Shown here: positions 1 through 10,099 of the stretch, piece after piece
Position numbering within the stretch: position 1 is the stretch's first letter
Layout of the letters: every line of letters begins with the position of its first letter
DNA from: Mesotaenium endlicherianum
Taxonomy: Eukaryota
Direction: 5' to 3'
Length of the DNA stretch: 20,000 bases
NCBI GenBank assembly: GCA_009602735.1
Contig: WELA01000937.1
Span: forward strand, 228,145 to 248,144
Notes under the pieces: model-generated
The model's input: only the letters and a program-made list of their open reading frames with translations
Database searches by the model: none
Told to the model about the DNA's origin: nothing
Made by a program: the position numbers and the translations under genes

Positions 1-259
1 TTTGAAGATGTCCATGAAGTTCTCAATCATACATCTTGAAACAAAAAGCACAGAATTATATTAATCAAAAACCTCTTGCGAATGAAATATAAAGTGAACG
101 CAATTGTCGCCAACAAAATTTATCAAAGCTTTTGAACACACTACATAAACGTAGGCTAAGTGACAGAAAATCATTCTGAATAGCTTACGAGTCACGAATG
201 ATCACGGTTGTGGCTTCGAACCGACTGGACACAAACTTCATCCTGCATTGTCCTGCATG
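1..259 (-). other. Possible 5' exons (259-189 and 34-1) of a gene divergent from CP12 that runs off the window
   Basis: Minus strand shows acceptor TTTTTGCAG at 260, donor TC|GTAAGC at 189/188, an AT-rich intron-like 188-35 and acceptor TTTGTTTCAAG at 35. The spliced product stays open (...MKFVSSRFEATTVIIRDSCMIENFMDIFK). No family recognised. Confidence 0.3.
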
Positions 260-468
260 CTGCAAAAACAGTAGAGACCGTCACTAAATCACGAAGTGGC
301 ACTACGTCAGTAAACATGGAGCTACTTGAACCAAGCTGAGGCCAGCTGTAGCTGGCTGGAGCAGGCATAGAAGGTTCCGCAGTTGATGACGAGGACGTGG
401 TCGATTGGATGGCGTCAGCCAGGATCAGCAGGAAAAATGTCAAGATATCCAAGGGTTTCCGTAATACG

Positions 469-508
469 CATTGAGCCTGCATTGAGCTACATTGAGCCAG
501 CATTGAGC
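469..508 (+). repeat. Four tandem CATTGAGC motifs upstream of CP12
   Basis: CATTGAGC at 469, 480, 490 and 501. Confidence 0.85.
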
Positions 509-819
509 AGCTTCGACGATACCGTGGGATATACTTGCTTATATATCAAGAGTTACTTAACAAAATATCCGGCAGCCTAGATTGTTCCAATTGCTTCGGA
601 TCGTACACCTCACACGTTGTGTTTGTAGATTCCCCGATACGTTCTCATGAGCCATCGTGCATCCTCGGTTTGGCATGCTCCATGACTGGCCGATTCTTTG
701 CACCCTCATCTCATCTTGCAAGCGACCTTCTCCATTTTTTGTGCTCCTTTGAAACCTAGGGTTTTTTGTCCACGGCTTTTGTTTGATCAATTTGAAGGAG
801 CTTCTTGAGCTACGTTCAG

Positions 820-1081
820 GTGCGTTCAGCTGTGCGTCAATGTTAAGCAGCATGCTACCGTGTAGCAAAAATACATTTTGATTGACGGAGTCTGAGATGT
901 ATATGTGGACAAGTCTTTGCATACCTCAATTTGGTCTGAAGTTAATGGATGACTTCAATGTTACTGGGATTATGCTTTAGGTAGTTAGAAGGCCACCACA
1001 ATTTTTAAACTGATTCGTTCTTGTAAGGACATCAATGAGTCCAACTAGGAAATAAGCTTGTTTGATGAATTGGTTTTGCAG
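820..1081 (+). other. Probable 5'-UTR intron of CP12
   Basis: Strong acceptor TGGTTTTGCAG ends at 1081, 2 nt before the ATG. The best upstream donor is CAG|GTGCGT at 819/820; AG|GTAGTT near 980 is an alternative. Confidence 0.5.
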
Positions 1082-1083
1082 CA

Positions 1084-1275
1084 ATGGCGTCCGTAACAAT
1101 GGCAGCAGTCTCTTTCATGGTCCCATCCATGAGCTTGAACAGCGGGAGGTCCGCTGGGCAGGTTGCGTCTACATCTTCTGCTCGCTCCCAGCTGTTTGGC
1201 TGCACCCTGCGCATGAACGTGTCTACTCGCAAGACAATTAGAGTTGCCAGCGCAATCGTCTGTAAGACACCACAG
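1084..1275 (+). CDS. CP12: CP12 (Calvin cycle regulator), coding exon 1: chloroplast transit peptide
   Basis: ATG at 1084 starts MASVTMAAVSF..., a Ser/Thr/Arg-rich 64-aa stretch with no acidic residues, ending VASAIVCKTPQ. Donor CAG|GTAGGA at 1275/1276 is phase 0 and joins in frame to exon 2. Confidence 0.9.
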
Positions 1276-1706
1276 GTAGGAAAGCTTGTACCACCGCAGT
1301 CAGTCATTTGGGTCTCCATATTACATCATGCCTTGGCATTTGGTAGATGCAACTTATCTTGCTGCTTGTGGCATGTTGTAAGGGGTGTTGTAAGGAATGG
1401 GGTAACATTTGTTGCAAGATTCGTGTCCCTGGGCAGTAACGTTGCAGTTTCTGACTGGCATCTGATTATGTTGGAAAGTTTGCTGCTTTACCAATGTGGG
1501 GTAAGGGATGTGAGGCAAGTGGGTCATTGCTCATACATTACACTCATCGATCGATGACGATGGGCTGTATGCCATGGGAGCTGGGATGTGGTAGTTTCGC
1601 AATTCATAGGCATGTGAATGATCGTCTAAAGGTGGGCACAGATGGAGCTTGAGGGGCAGGATGCTGTGTTAGCTGAAGTCTGTATGGTTGGTGCCCCGTA
1701 ATGCAG

Positions 1707-1922
1707 GAGCTGGACAACAAGCTAGAAGCTCTTATCCAGGAGGCCAAGGACCTGTGCGCCACCGGATCCACTGGTGAGTGTGCAGCCATGTGGGATGAAA
1801 TTGAGGAGATTTCTGCTAACGCTGCCCACAAAAGGGATGCTGCCAAGGGGGGTGTTGACCCTCTAGAGAAGTTCTGCGAAGACAGCCCTGAGGCTGATGA
1901 GTGCCGCACATACGAGGATTAG
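1707..1922 (+). CDS. CP12: CP12 coding exon 2: mature domain
   Basis: Acceptor ATGCAG|GAG at 1706/1707, phase 0. Encodes C-x7-C followed by AAMWDEIEEISA (AWD_VEE-type core) and the C-terminal DPLEKFCEDSPEADECRTYED, with all four CP12 cysteines. Stop TAG at 1920-1922. Intron 1276-1706. Confidence 0.96.
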   Translation, partial: ELDNKLEALIQEAKDLCATGSTGECAAMWDEIEEISANAAHKRDAAKGGVDPLEKFCEDSPEADECRTYED

Positions 1923-3345
1923 ACTTATTTAGCATGGCCGCAAATTGCTGTCTGATAGAAGTTTTTATGGATCACTAGCTAAGCTACAGAGCTATTAGTA
2001 CTTCACGTGTATGGCCATTGGTGGTGGTGAAATAAGTAAATTGAGCAATCTAAATGTCGATTGGTGATGGGGCTAATTGTGGATATGGAGACAGTTTTGG
2101 GACGTTGTGTCGCTACTTCGTACTCTCTCTCCCCTGTTGTGTGGTGCCTTTGAATGGATGTCTTTCATAAAAAGCTCGGTGATTGTACACCGTGATACCT
2201 TGATTACTAGGGGTGTTAGGGTTAATGAGAATTAGTGTTTGCTTAAGTTGCACTGTCATGTGGGTCTTGTATGTTGCATTTATTGAAATGCGACACGTAG
2301 ATGAGAATGAGTATTCATGATCTTGTGGCTAATATGATGTAGTATTCTGATAGCTTTGCAGATTCTAGCTGGCTGCGCTGTTGTTCAACTGCTCATTGTC
2401 AGATGTTCTATATCGATAGTGTGGAGTATTAAAATAATAATGTATGACTGGCACTGGTTAACAAATCATATGCACAAGTTTTTCAAAGTTATCAATTGCA
2501 ACAGTGAATTGAAGGGACATTGCAGGGCAAGCAATCAAAAGTACCAATCACGAGAAGTTCCTTCCTATGAGAGGCCTTGCACTGCAAAGGTTTACGCTGT
2601 GAAGTATATATGAATGTAAGGAGATGATGCAAGGCATAGGAAACTTAAATGTAATAACTTCTGAAACAGCTCAAGTTACATGTGAGTTAGGTATCAGTTT
2701 GAATTATGAATGAAAGTGACGGCGGGCCTGAATCTATTGTCTTTATTTATTTCATGCACGAGCAATTTGCGAACTATGATCTGATCAACTCAAAAATACC
2801 GTGTTGAACCATCACTCATGCCTAAACAGAATGCAATTGAACAGTAGCTTCATATGCTTCTTGACCTGATGTGTCTTATTCCTTAGCTGTGTGTGGCACA
2901 ACCACTATCGTGTTATCTTGTGCCCTCGCAGTCATGCGCGGATCAAAATGTTGAGAAGTGCTGCATGCTCCATTTGGAGTCAAGAACTCCGGGATAACCA
3001 TTAAATAGGTCACTTGGAATACATCCTAAACCAAGAACAACCACAAACAGCTGTAAGACCACTTTAAGAACGGTCGATGCTTGAATTAACAAAGAGAATT
3101 GTTTTCAAAGTATAAAGCATATGCATGGAGGTGCGAGCAAGAAACGAGAAACTAAGCCATTGCTCTTTCTCAGCATAAGTTGGTCAAAAACTGGTGAATA
3201 GAATAATTTACGAAATTAATGTTAGAAGCATGAAGGAGAGTCGTACAATATGGTGAAGCTTCATATGAACACTCGTCTATCTCTTATTAGCCCAAACCTT
3301 TTCACCCTTTTAACTTGATTATGGCTAACTTTGTATATACTAGAA

Positions 3346-3393
3346 TGTAACGCGAGCGTCGACGCAGCCCGGACGTCCGCTATGGTCGTTACA
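3346..3393. mobile_element. Putative 48-bp miniature transposon remnant with terminal inverted repeats
   Basis: Ends are TGTAACG...CGTTACA. Flanks are TACTAGAA (3338-3345) and TACTAGAG (3394-3401). The interior is GC-rich, unlike the AT-rich left flank. Confidence 0.45.
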
Positions 3394-3981
3394 TACTAGA
3401 GTAGCATAGACCAGCATAGGCCATTCGGCATGGTGAGAGCCAGCTGGGAGCTCTGTAATGCTCGTGACAGCGCCTCCTTACCTCGACTTTTGGGCGACGG
3501 GCTACTCATGGCGATCGGAATAATCGCAATTAGTCGAAATACATCGCAATGACTTGGCGAGGAAGTTTCCTCTCTAAGCATCGTGGAATGAACGTAGTGG
3601 AAGTAATTAAGCGTAGAAAGTGTTCGAAGAGAAGGGTGCATGGACACCCGGCCTAGCTTGAAAGGTTCCCCTCAGCGCAAGGAAGATACGCTACCGCTTG
3701 GGAATCTCAGCTCTAGGATCTCAAAACTACGCGGGCTATCCAGCCTGTGAATCACTTCAGCAGCTTCGCATGCAGGAAGAGCAGCTATCACATGAGAGCA
3801 TAAGCTTCGAAGCATGCAGAAGCTAGCGTTGAGTACCGCGGGCCTTGCGCTTGCGGATGGCGATTTTCTTTACCTCTTTGTACGTGTTCTAGGCATGTCC
3901 TGTGTGTAAGAAGCTGCTCCTTCGCTCTCTCGCTTCAGATACGGCGATAATCCGTCCTCGTCTCCTATTGAGGCACAAGCC

Positions 3982-5663
3982 ATGACGGCAGCAGCGCATG
4001 CAGTTAATTCAGTGCTTGGGGCACTCGCTACCGAAAAGTTTGCCGTTTCGGCTTACTCTACCCAAAGTAGGGGTCAAAGTCAGAACCAAATTCGCTGTCA
4101 GAGTCAAAGCAGGCTCGTAGCGGCCCCTCTGCAAGCATGCAGGACGAGTTCTTCGTGCTCTGCCTCTTATCAATTGAGCAAGTCCTTCCAAGTTGCAGGC
4201 GCAGCATGCTGCCAAGTGTCCTCTACTGGTCTGTTTCGTGAGTCACCAGCATATTCCGGCAGGGTTACAGGAAGAGGAGGGGCTTTTTGTTCTGCATGGG
4301 CAGGCCTAGGAACAAGTGAGAGTGGTAGAAGAAAGGAGAATGCACAAAGGAAACCATGTAGTCCTGCTTGTGGCGCCCTTCACCTTGCCCACCGCAGCCC
4401 TGAGCAGGAGCCACTCCACGCTGATGCTGGGAGCAACAGGTGGCATGCTTCCAGCCGCAGCAGCACTGGTGGGACAAGTAGCTGGAGCAGGAGCTGGATG
4501 GGCAAGGGAAGGACTCCTTTCACACACGCGAGTCACCGACAGGGAGGGTTAACGGGATTTCTTTCTCACTGCAGCGTGCCGTGCCAGAAAGCAGGTGCAC
4601 CCTGGCTAGGCCTTCGAACAGGTGGCATGGCCTCGGCGCCAGCTGTCGCCTGGCACGGGCGCCCTCTGGGGCATTCGGATAAGAAAGTGGGCGGAGCGAG
4701 CGGCAGAGGTGATGCTCCAGCTGTCAGGTTGCAGTGCTTCGCCAAGAAGAGCAGTAAGAGTGACTGGGAGAAAGAGGTCGACAAGTGGCGCTCCACTACG
4801 AGTGACTGGGAGAAAGAGGTCGACAAGTGGCGCTCCAGGAGCAACCGGTGGCAGGGGCGGCGATTCAGGGGCGGTGGCAGGAAGGGCGGGGGCGGGGGCC
4901 TTCGCGGGAGAAGAGGGCGCAGCTTGGGGGGGCTGGGGATGGCGGCGGGGGCGATTGCAGGGCTTGCGGCGCTGACAGCTGGTGCTGCAGCCCTGACAGC
5001 TGGTGTCGCCGTGGCATCCACCGCGGTGCTCTTCCCGCTCGTCATTCCCCTCGTCCTGGGGACAGGTGCCGTTATCTTCGCCGGCGCCGTCGCCTCGCTG
5101 GCGGCAGGGCTGGCGCTGGTGGTGCCGCTGGTCGCGCTCTCATTCGCCTTCCTGGGGCCCTTTGGGGGCCTCTTCCGGCTCCTGCTCCCGCTCCCGCTCC
5201 CCTTTGGCGCCATCGGTCCAGCTGTCGACAAGCTTTTCTGCTTCGTCATCGTTGCCAACTTCCTGGGGGCCCTGGGCGGCGCGTACACGCGCTCCAGGTC
5301 AGCAGCAGCGCCGGGCGGCGCGGGCAGCGGCCGGCCTCTGAGCAGGGGCCAGGAGGCGGCCGCGCTGCTGCTCGACATGCAGCCCCTGGCGCCAGGTGTC
5401 ACCGCGGCAGACGCGGCCGCGCCCNTGCGAGAAGGCAGAGCTCTTCAAGAACTGCCTCGTCTACGGCGCCCCCGCGCTCTCCTTCCTGCTCGCGTCGGCC
5501 GTGCTGCCGGGGTTCACCCTGTTTGGGGGCGGGTACTTCCTCGGGAACGGGTGGTGGCTGTCGCTCCTCCTGGGGGCCGTCCATCTGCAGCTCGAGCGGA
5601 TCAGGGTCAACGACTGCCTGGCGGCCGCCGGCGGGCGGACGCTCGAGGGCATGACAGCTGGCG
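3982..5663 (+). CDS. Putative plastid-targeted multi-pass membrane protein with C-terminal SAM domain, coding exon 1 (single N at 5425 shifts the frame)
   Basis: ATG in a CAAGCCATGA context. A long Ser/Arg/Gly-rich N-terminus is followed by hydrophobic segments at about 4939-5280 and 5460-5590. Deleting the N at 5425 gives continuous ...DAAAP-CEKAELFKN.... Donor G|GTGAGG at 5663/5664 is phase 1. Confidence 0.72.
4758..4837 (+). repeat. In-frame 42-nt-period tandem duplication encoding SDWEKEVDKWRS twice
   Basis: GAGTGACTGGGAGAAAGAGGTCGACAAGTGGCGCTCCA is identical at 4758 and 4800. Confidence 0.95.
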
Positions 5664-6079
5664 GTGAGGCTGCCTCTCACTTCGCCTCCTCCGCCTGCGC
5701 TCCTTGCACGACCGCTGCTGCGGGCGTGCACGATGCGTACACGTGTGCGCGCGTGTGCTGTGTGCGTTGCTCTGTGTGTGTGTTGTTCCGTGTATGTGTT
5801 GTGTTCCGTGGGCCATGTGGCGTGAGGTTGACGGCCGAGCACGTTGCTTGCATCTTCTCGCGTTGTGTCCTTTGCCTTCTCTCCGCTGATGTTGCGCGCA
5901 CGCCAGGGCTCACCATATATGGCTCCCTTTTTCTCTTAGGAACTCAAAACGTGAGGAGGGTTGGATGAAGAGTAGGTAAGTAGGTGTGTAGGTGAGATGG
6001 TTGGAGGTAAGAACGTGAGAGGGCAAGAAGGTTCTGCTTTCTTGCCTGGCGGATGTGCATTGACGCGTGCATTGGTGCT

Positions 6080-6112
<33 letters not shown>

Positions 6113-6114
6113 AG

Positions 6115-6461
6115 GGGAAGAGGAGGAGGAGGTTCTCTCGGTGGAGGAGCTGGAGGCAATGCACCGCCAAGGCGAGCTGGAGTCCTTCGACCAGAGGCTG
6201 AACATGAGGGCAACAGCTGGCGGCGCCGCCGCCCGGCTGCGCCCCCGCGACTGGACGGTGGGCGACGTCGCCAGGTGGCTGCAGGAGAACGGGTTCGCGC
6301 GGTACGCCGCCGCCTTCTTGGAGCACGACGTCAGCGGAGAGGTGCTCCTGGGCCTGACGGCGGAGGAGCTGCGGGAGGAGCTCGGCATGAAGAGCCTGGG
6401 GGAGCGCAAGCGCTTTGTCGCGGCGCTCGAGAGCGTGCAGGCCGAAGAAAGAGTTGATTGA
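6115..6461 (+). CDS. Terminal exon encoding a sterile alpha motif (SAM) domain
   Basis: Acceptor (CTG)n-CAG|GG at 6114/6115 is phase 1 and matches the 5663 donor. Encodes WTVGDVARWLQENGFARYAAAFLEHDVSGEVLLGLTAEELREELGMKSLGERKRFVAALESV, a canonical SAM pattern (about 6249-6440). Stop TGA at 6459-6461. Confidence 0.9.
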
Positions 6462-6950
6462 TGACTGGTGCGGGACGCTCGAGAGCGTGTGGGCCGACAA
6501 GGGAGCCTACTGATGGCTGGTGCGGGAGGGAGAATGTGCGGGGGGGGGCGTGAAGCGGAGCCTGGGTGTGAGCGCGAGCGCTTTCGTCGCGGCACTAGAG
6601 AGCGTGCAGGCCTTCGAGAGGGGCGACTGATGGCTGGTGTGGGACGGTCGAGAGCGGGCAGGCCGACGGGAGGGCCGACCGAGCAGATTGGTGACGGGGA
6701 TATGCGGGGGAGCGTGACGAGGGCAGGCCGACGAGAGAGACGATTGAAGGCTGATGCGGGACGCTTGAGAGCGTGCAGGCTAATGGAAGAGGGCCGGCTG
6801 ATGGTCTGACGCGGGAGAACGTGCGGGGGGGGCGTGAAGAGCCTGGGTGTGAGCGCTTTCGTAGCGGTGCTAGAGAGCGTGCAAGCTGATGAGAAAGGCA
6901 ACTGAGCAGGATGGCGAGGGAGATACGCGGGGGAGCGTGACGGGCCGGGC
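6385..6950 (+). repeat. Degenerate tandem array derived from the 3' end of the SAM exon
   Basis: GAGAGCG(T/G)G..GC cores near 6429, 6481, 6598, 6650, 6767 and 6873. TGAAG(..)AGCCTGGG...AGCGCTTT recurs near 6389, 6551 and 6835. Confidence 0.8.
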
Positions 6951-6983
6951 GGAGCGGCAGCGCGTTGTTGCGGCCGGGGGGAG

Positions 6984-7559
6984 NNNNNNNNNNNNNNNNN
7001 NNNNNNNNNNNNNNNNNNNNNNNNNNNNNNNNNNNNNNNNNNNNNNNNNNNNNNNNNNNNNNNNNNNNNNNNNNNNNNNNNNNNNNNNNNNNNNNNNNNN
7101 NNNNNNNNNNNNNNNNNNNNNNNNNNNNNNNNNNNNNNNNNNNNNNNNNNNNNNNNNNNNNNNNNNNNNNNNNNNNNNNNNNNNNNNNNNNNNNNNNNNN
7201 NNNNNNNNNNNNNNNNNNNNNNNNNNNNNNNNNNNNNNNNNNNNNNNNNNNNNNNNNNNNNNNNNNNNNNNNNNNNNNNNNNNNNNNNNNNNNNNNNNNN
7301 NNNNNNNNNNNNNNNNNNNNNNNNNNNNNNNNNNNNNNNNNNNNNNNNNNNNNNNNNNNNNNNNNNNNNNNNNNNNNNNNNNNNNNNNNNNNNNNNNNNN
7401 NNNNNNNNNNNNNNNNNNNNNNNNNNNNNNNNNNNNNNNNNNNNNNNNNNNNNNNNNNNNNNNNNNNNNNNNNNNNNNNNNNNNNNNNNNNNNNNNNNNN
7501 NNNNNNNNNNNNNNNNNNNNNNNNNNNNNNNNNNNNNNNNNNNNNNNNNNNNNNNNNNN
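6984..7559. other. Assembly gap (576 N)
   Basis: Run of N flanked by G-rich sequence. Confidence 1.
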
Positions 7560-9296
7560 GGGGGGGGGATGTGGACGAGAGGAAGGGTTTGCTGCGACGC
7601 TATAGAGTAGAGCAAGAATCTCCATGGTGATGCACTTGAGAGCCTGCAGGTTGGGGGAGGCTGCCCCAATGCAGGTGTGCCGCCGGCTGGTGGGAAGCGA
7701 AAGCGCCGCGTGCAAGCGTGTGGGCGGCGGAACTTGGTTTGGGCGGCGCTTGAAAGCGTGCGGTGCGCTGTGCAGGGTGTGGGCTACGTTGCCTATGAGT
7801 AGGGATAGAGCTCAAATAGGAATGGAGAGAGGTGAAGATGTACAGGTTGTGTGAGTGGACACCCTTCCAGTGCGGATGGAGGCGGGGCAGGGGGGGTGCG
7901 TTGTACAGGCTGTGGATAGGATGTGAGGGTGATGGCCTCTAGGTTCGAGGATGCTTTAAGGTTAGCTGTTAGTGCAGCTTGTTTGAAATCATGTGCAAAT
8001 GGAATAGATGTCAGTGTCGAGCTTAGGGGTCAAACCCCTTTTTATTGACAAAGCAGTTTTCTGCGCATTTTTTGTGATATATTGATGTCTCTGTGACACT
8101 GTAGACAGCAGTGCCCTGTACATCTTTTCTTAGTTATCATCAGTGTGACTCTAGTTTATTACAAACTGAAACTGAGATATCACGATTTGTTCTGGAACTC
8201 GAGAGCAGCAAGTTTGGAGGCCCCGTGAAGGCATGTCATTTGTGTATAAGGTGATGTAAGTAGTAGTCTTATAGAGTGAAAACCTTTTATGGGCCATGCG
8301 TGCTGAGCGTGCGCGAGACGAATGCTGACCTCATGCAGGATAGGTGTCCACCAAACTGCTCATCGATTTATTTTTTTGGCATTATGTAGCGATATAGAAC
8401 TTCTTGGTTCACGACGCAGAACGGCACTTATTAACTTAGTTTCGACGAGTTTGTCGTTTTTGATATGTTGATCCGTGAGTGATGGTAATAAGGCAGCTGC
8501 TGCGTGCCTCGATGTCAGTTAGCAAAACATGTTACTTCTGATGAGTGATATTAATACAACATGTGTGAAGCCAATGCAGCCAGCTAGGGCCAACTCCCAA
8601 TCACAATGACCGCCACCTCAAACATCTCCATTTGTGCTCGACAATATCGTCTAGCTAAGGGTGTAACAGCGACACATCAGCACCTCATAATATTGCAGAC
8701 CTTGTTTTCTTATGGGACTATGAAGCATGTATGTAAGCCCTCGAGTTCGAATGGAAACAACCAGTCTGACTGGCAGCACGCATGGGCAGGCGACTGATAC
8801 TGGACTGCTCAGAGCCAGGGAACGAGTTGCATCATGGGTGCCCTGTCAAAAGCGCACATCTGTCACGACAGAATAAGCTGAGATATTCTCAACAGTCTGA
8901 ACACGGACCTCAGAGTATTCTCCCCAGCTTATCTGAAAAAAGTATCGTCTAAGAAGCACATGACTACACCTGACACGGCTGCAAGGTGCAAGGGCAAGCA
9001 TCATACAGATGCAAATTCACCACTGGAACTTATAAACCCGAGACCTTGAATTTCTAGAGCCTCGACTGCGACCCGACCGGAACCACGTCGGAGAGCGACA
9101 AGTGTCGTCTCGTGCCTGGTGCATGCCAGCAGCGACGTGCGTCATGCCACGCTGGCGAGGCAATGAACGTCGGCAAGCACCCGGTGTTCAAGAACGTGCG
9201 GAAGCGAGTTGGGTCGTTGCTCCCCACTCCCAGAAACGACGCAAGGCAGCCAGATTGAGGCATGCGAATGATCCACCAGTTTTTCCAAGCCGCCAT

Positions 9297-9562
9297 GTGA
9301 GCGAGCGAGCGAGCGCCGCAAGCAAGCAAGTGAGCAAGCGTGCGAGCAAGCGAGCGAGGGAGCAAGCAAGCGAGACGGCGAGTGAAGCGGGGCTGACTGC
9401 CACACAGGGCATTGCAGCCTTGTCACAAGTAAGCCACTGCACTCAGATCTCGGTGTCGATCTGGAAGGCGACGCCGTCAGCAGTGCGGAAGACATGCGTG
9501 GTGTGGTCCACCACCTGCAGGAAGCGAGCAAGCAAGCAAGCCAGCAAGCGAGCAAGCAAGCA
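9297..9562. repeat. (GCAA/GCGA)n tetranucleotide tracts on both sides of exon 4 of the ureidoglycolate lyase-like gene
   Basis: Tracts at about 9297-9375 and 9523-9562. Confidence 0.85.
9443..9514 (-). CDS. Ureidoglycolate lyase/hydrolase-like protein, exon 4 (terminal)
   Basis: Acceptor TTCCTGCAG|GTG at 9515/9514 (phase 0). Encodes VVDHTTHVFRTADGVAFQIDTEI, completing the DTN-VVDHT motif. Stop TGA at 9445-9443. Confidence 0.88.
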   Translation of the reverse strand: MVDHTTHVFRTADGVAFQIDTEI

Positions 9563-10099
9563 GCCGAGGGAGAATCCTTCAGAGATGTGCCCATTGCCTC
9601 CTCTCGCGCCTCTAGCGCCAACTCGTATCAGCAAACAGGCCCACTCCTAATCAGCACGTGCAGGCGGCAGATGGGGCCCCACGAGGGCTGTATTGAGCTT
9701 CTCTCTAAAACTTTAAGGCCGCCCAAACATTTGCCCGACATATCAATGGCTCTCTCCGCTATATATACACAATGTGCCGAGGCCGAGTGCAAGTGGGGCT
9801 ACATGTGGACAAACGGAATCGCGCAAGCAAGCTGGGGGCGGCGGCAAGATGGCCCGTCCGACCCTTCCAGCGAGTTCAAAACTAGGAAGATGAGCGAACC
9901 AGATGCAGGCCCAGGGTTTTAGCAGGTGAGCGTTTGAGAGAGCTTTGCTGAAGTAAGCCAGGCGGCCAACGACATTGCTGAACCCTGAACCCTAACCCGG
10001 CCAGCTGGCGGCTTTTTGCGAGTCCATCTGGTGGGGGCTTCTGCCCCCCAGGGCCACTAGCTAAGGCGACAGGAGCCGGGCGGCAAGAATCACTTGGGC

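Noticed and set aside
1276..1557. Continuation of the 157-aa ORF beyond KTPQ
   Set aside because: It is read-through into the CP12 intron.
5426..5667. C-terminal tail of the 561-aa ORF after the X
   Set aside because: It is an Arg/Pro-rich off-frame read; the +1 frame is hydrophobic and splices in phase to the SAM exon.
5936..7715. Long ORFs of 221-577 aa spanning the N run
   Set aside because: They are artefacts of translating through the assembly gap.
8869..8935. Imperfect inverted repeat CAGAATAAGCTG / CAGCTTATCTG
   Set aside because: Only 8 bp match perfectly and there is no clear target-site duplication, so chance is likely.
9981..9998. AACCCTGAACCCTAACCC as a true interstitial telomere or fusion point
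   Set aside because: Only about 2.5 imperfect units are present, too short to support that claim.
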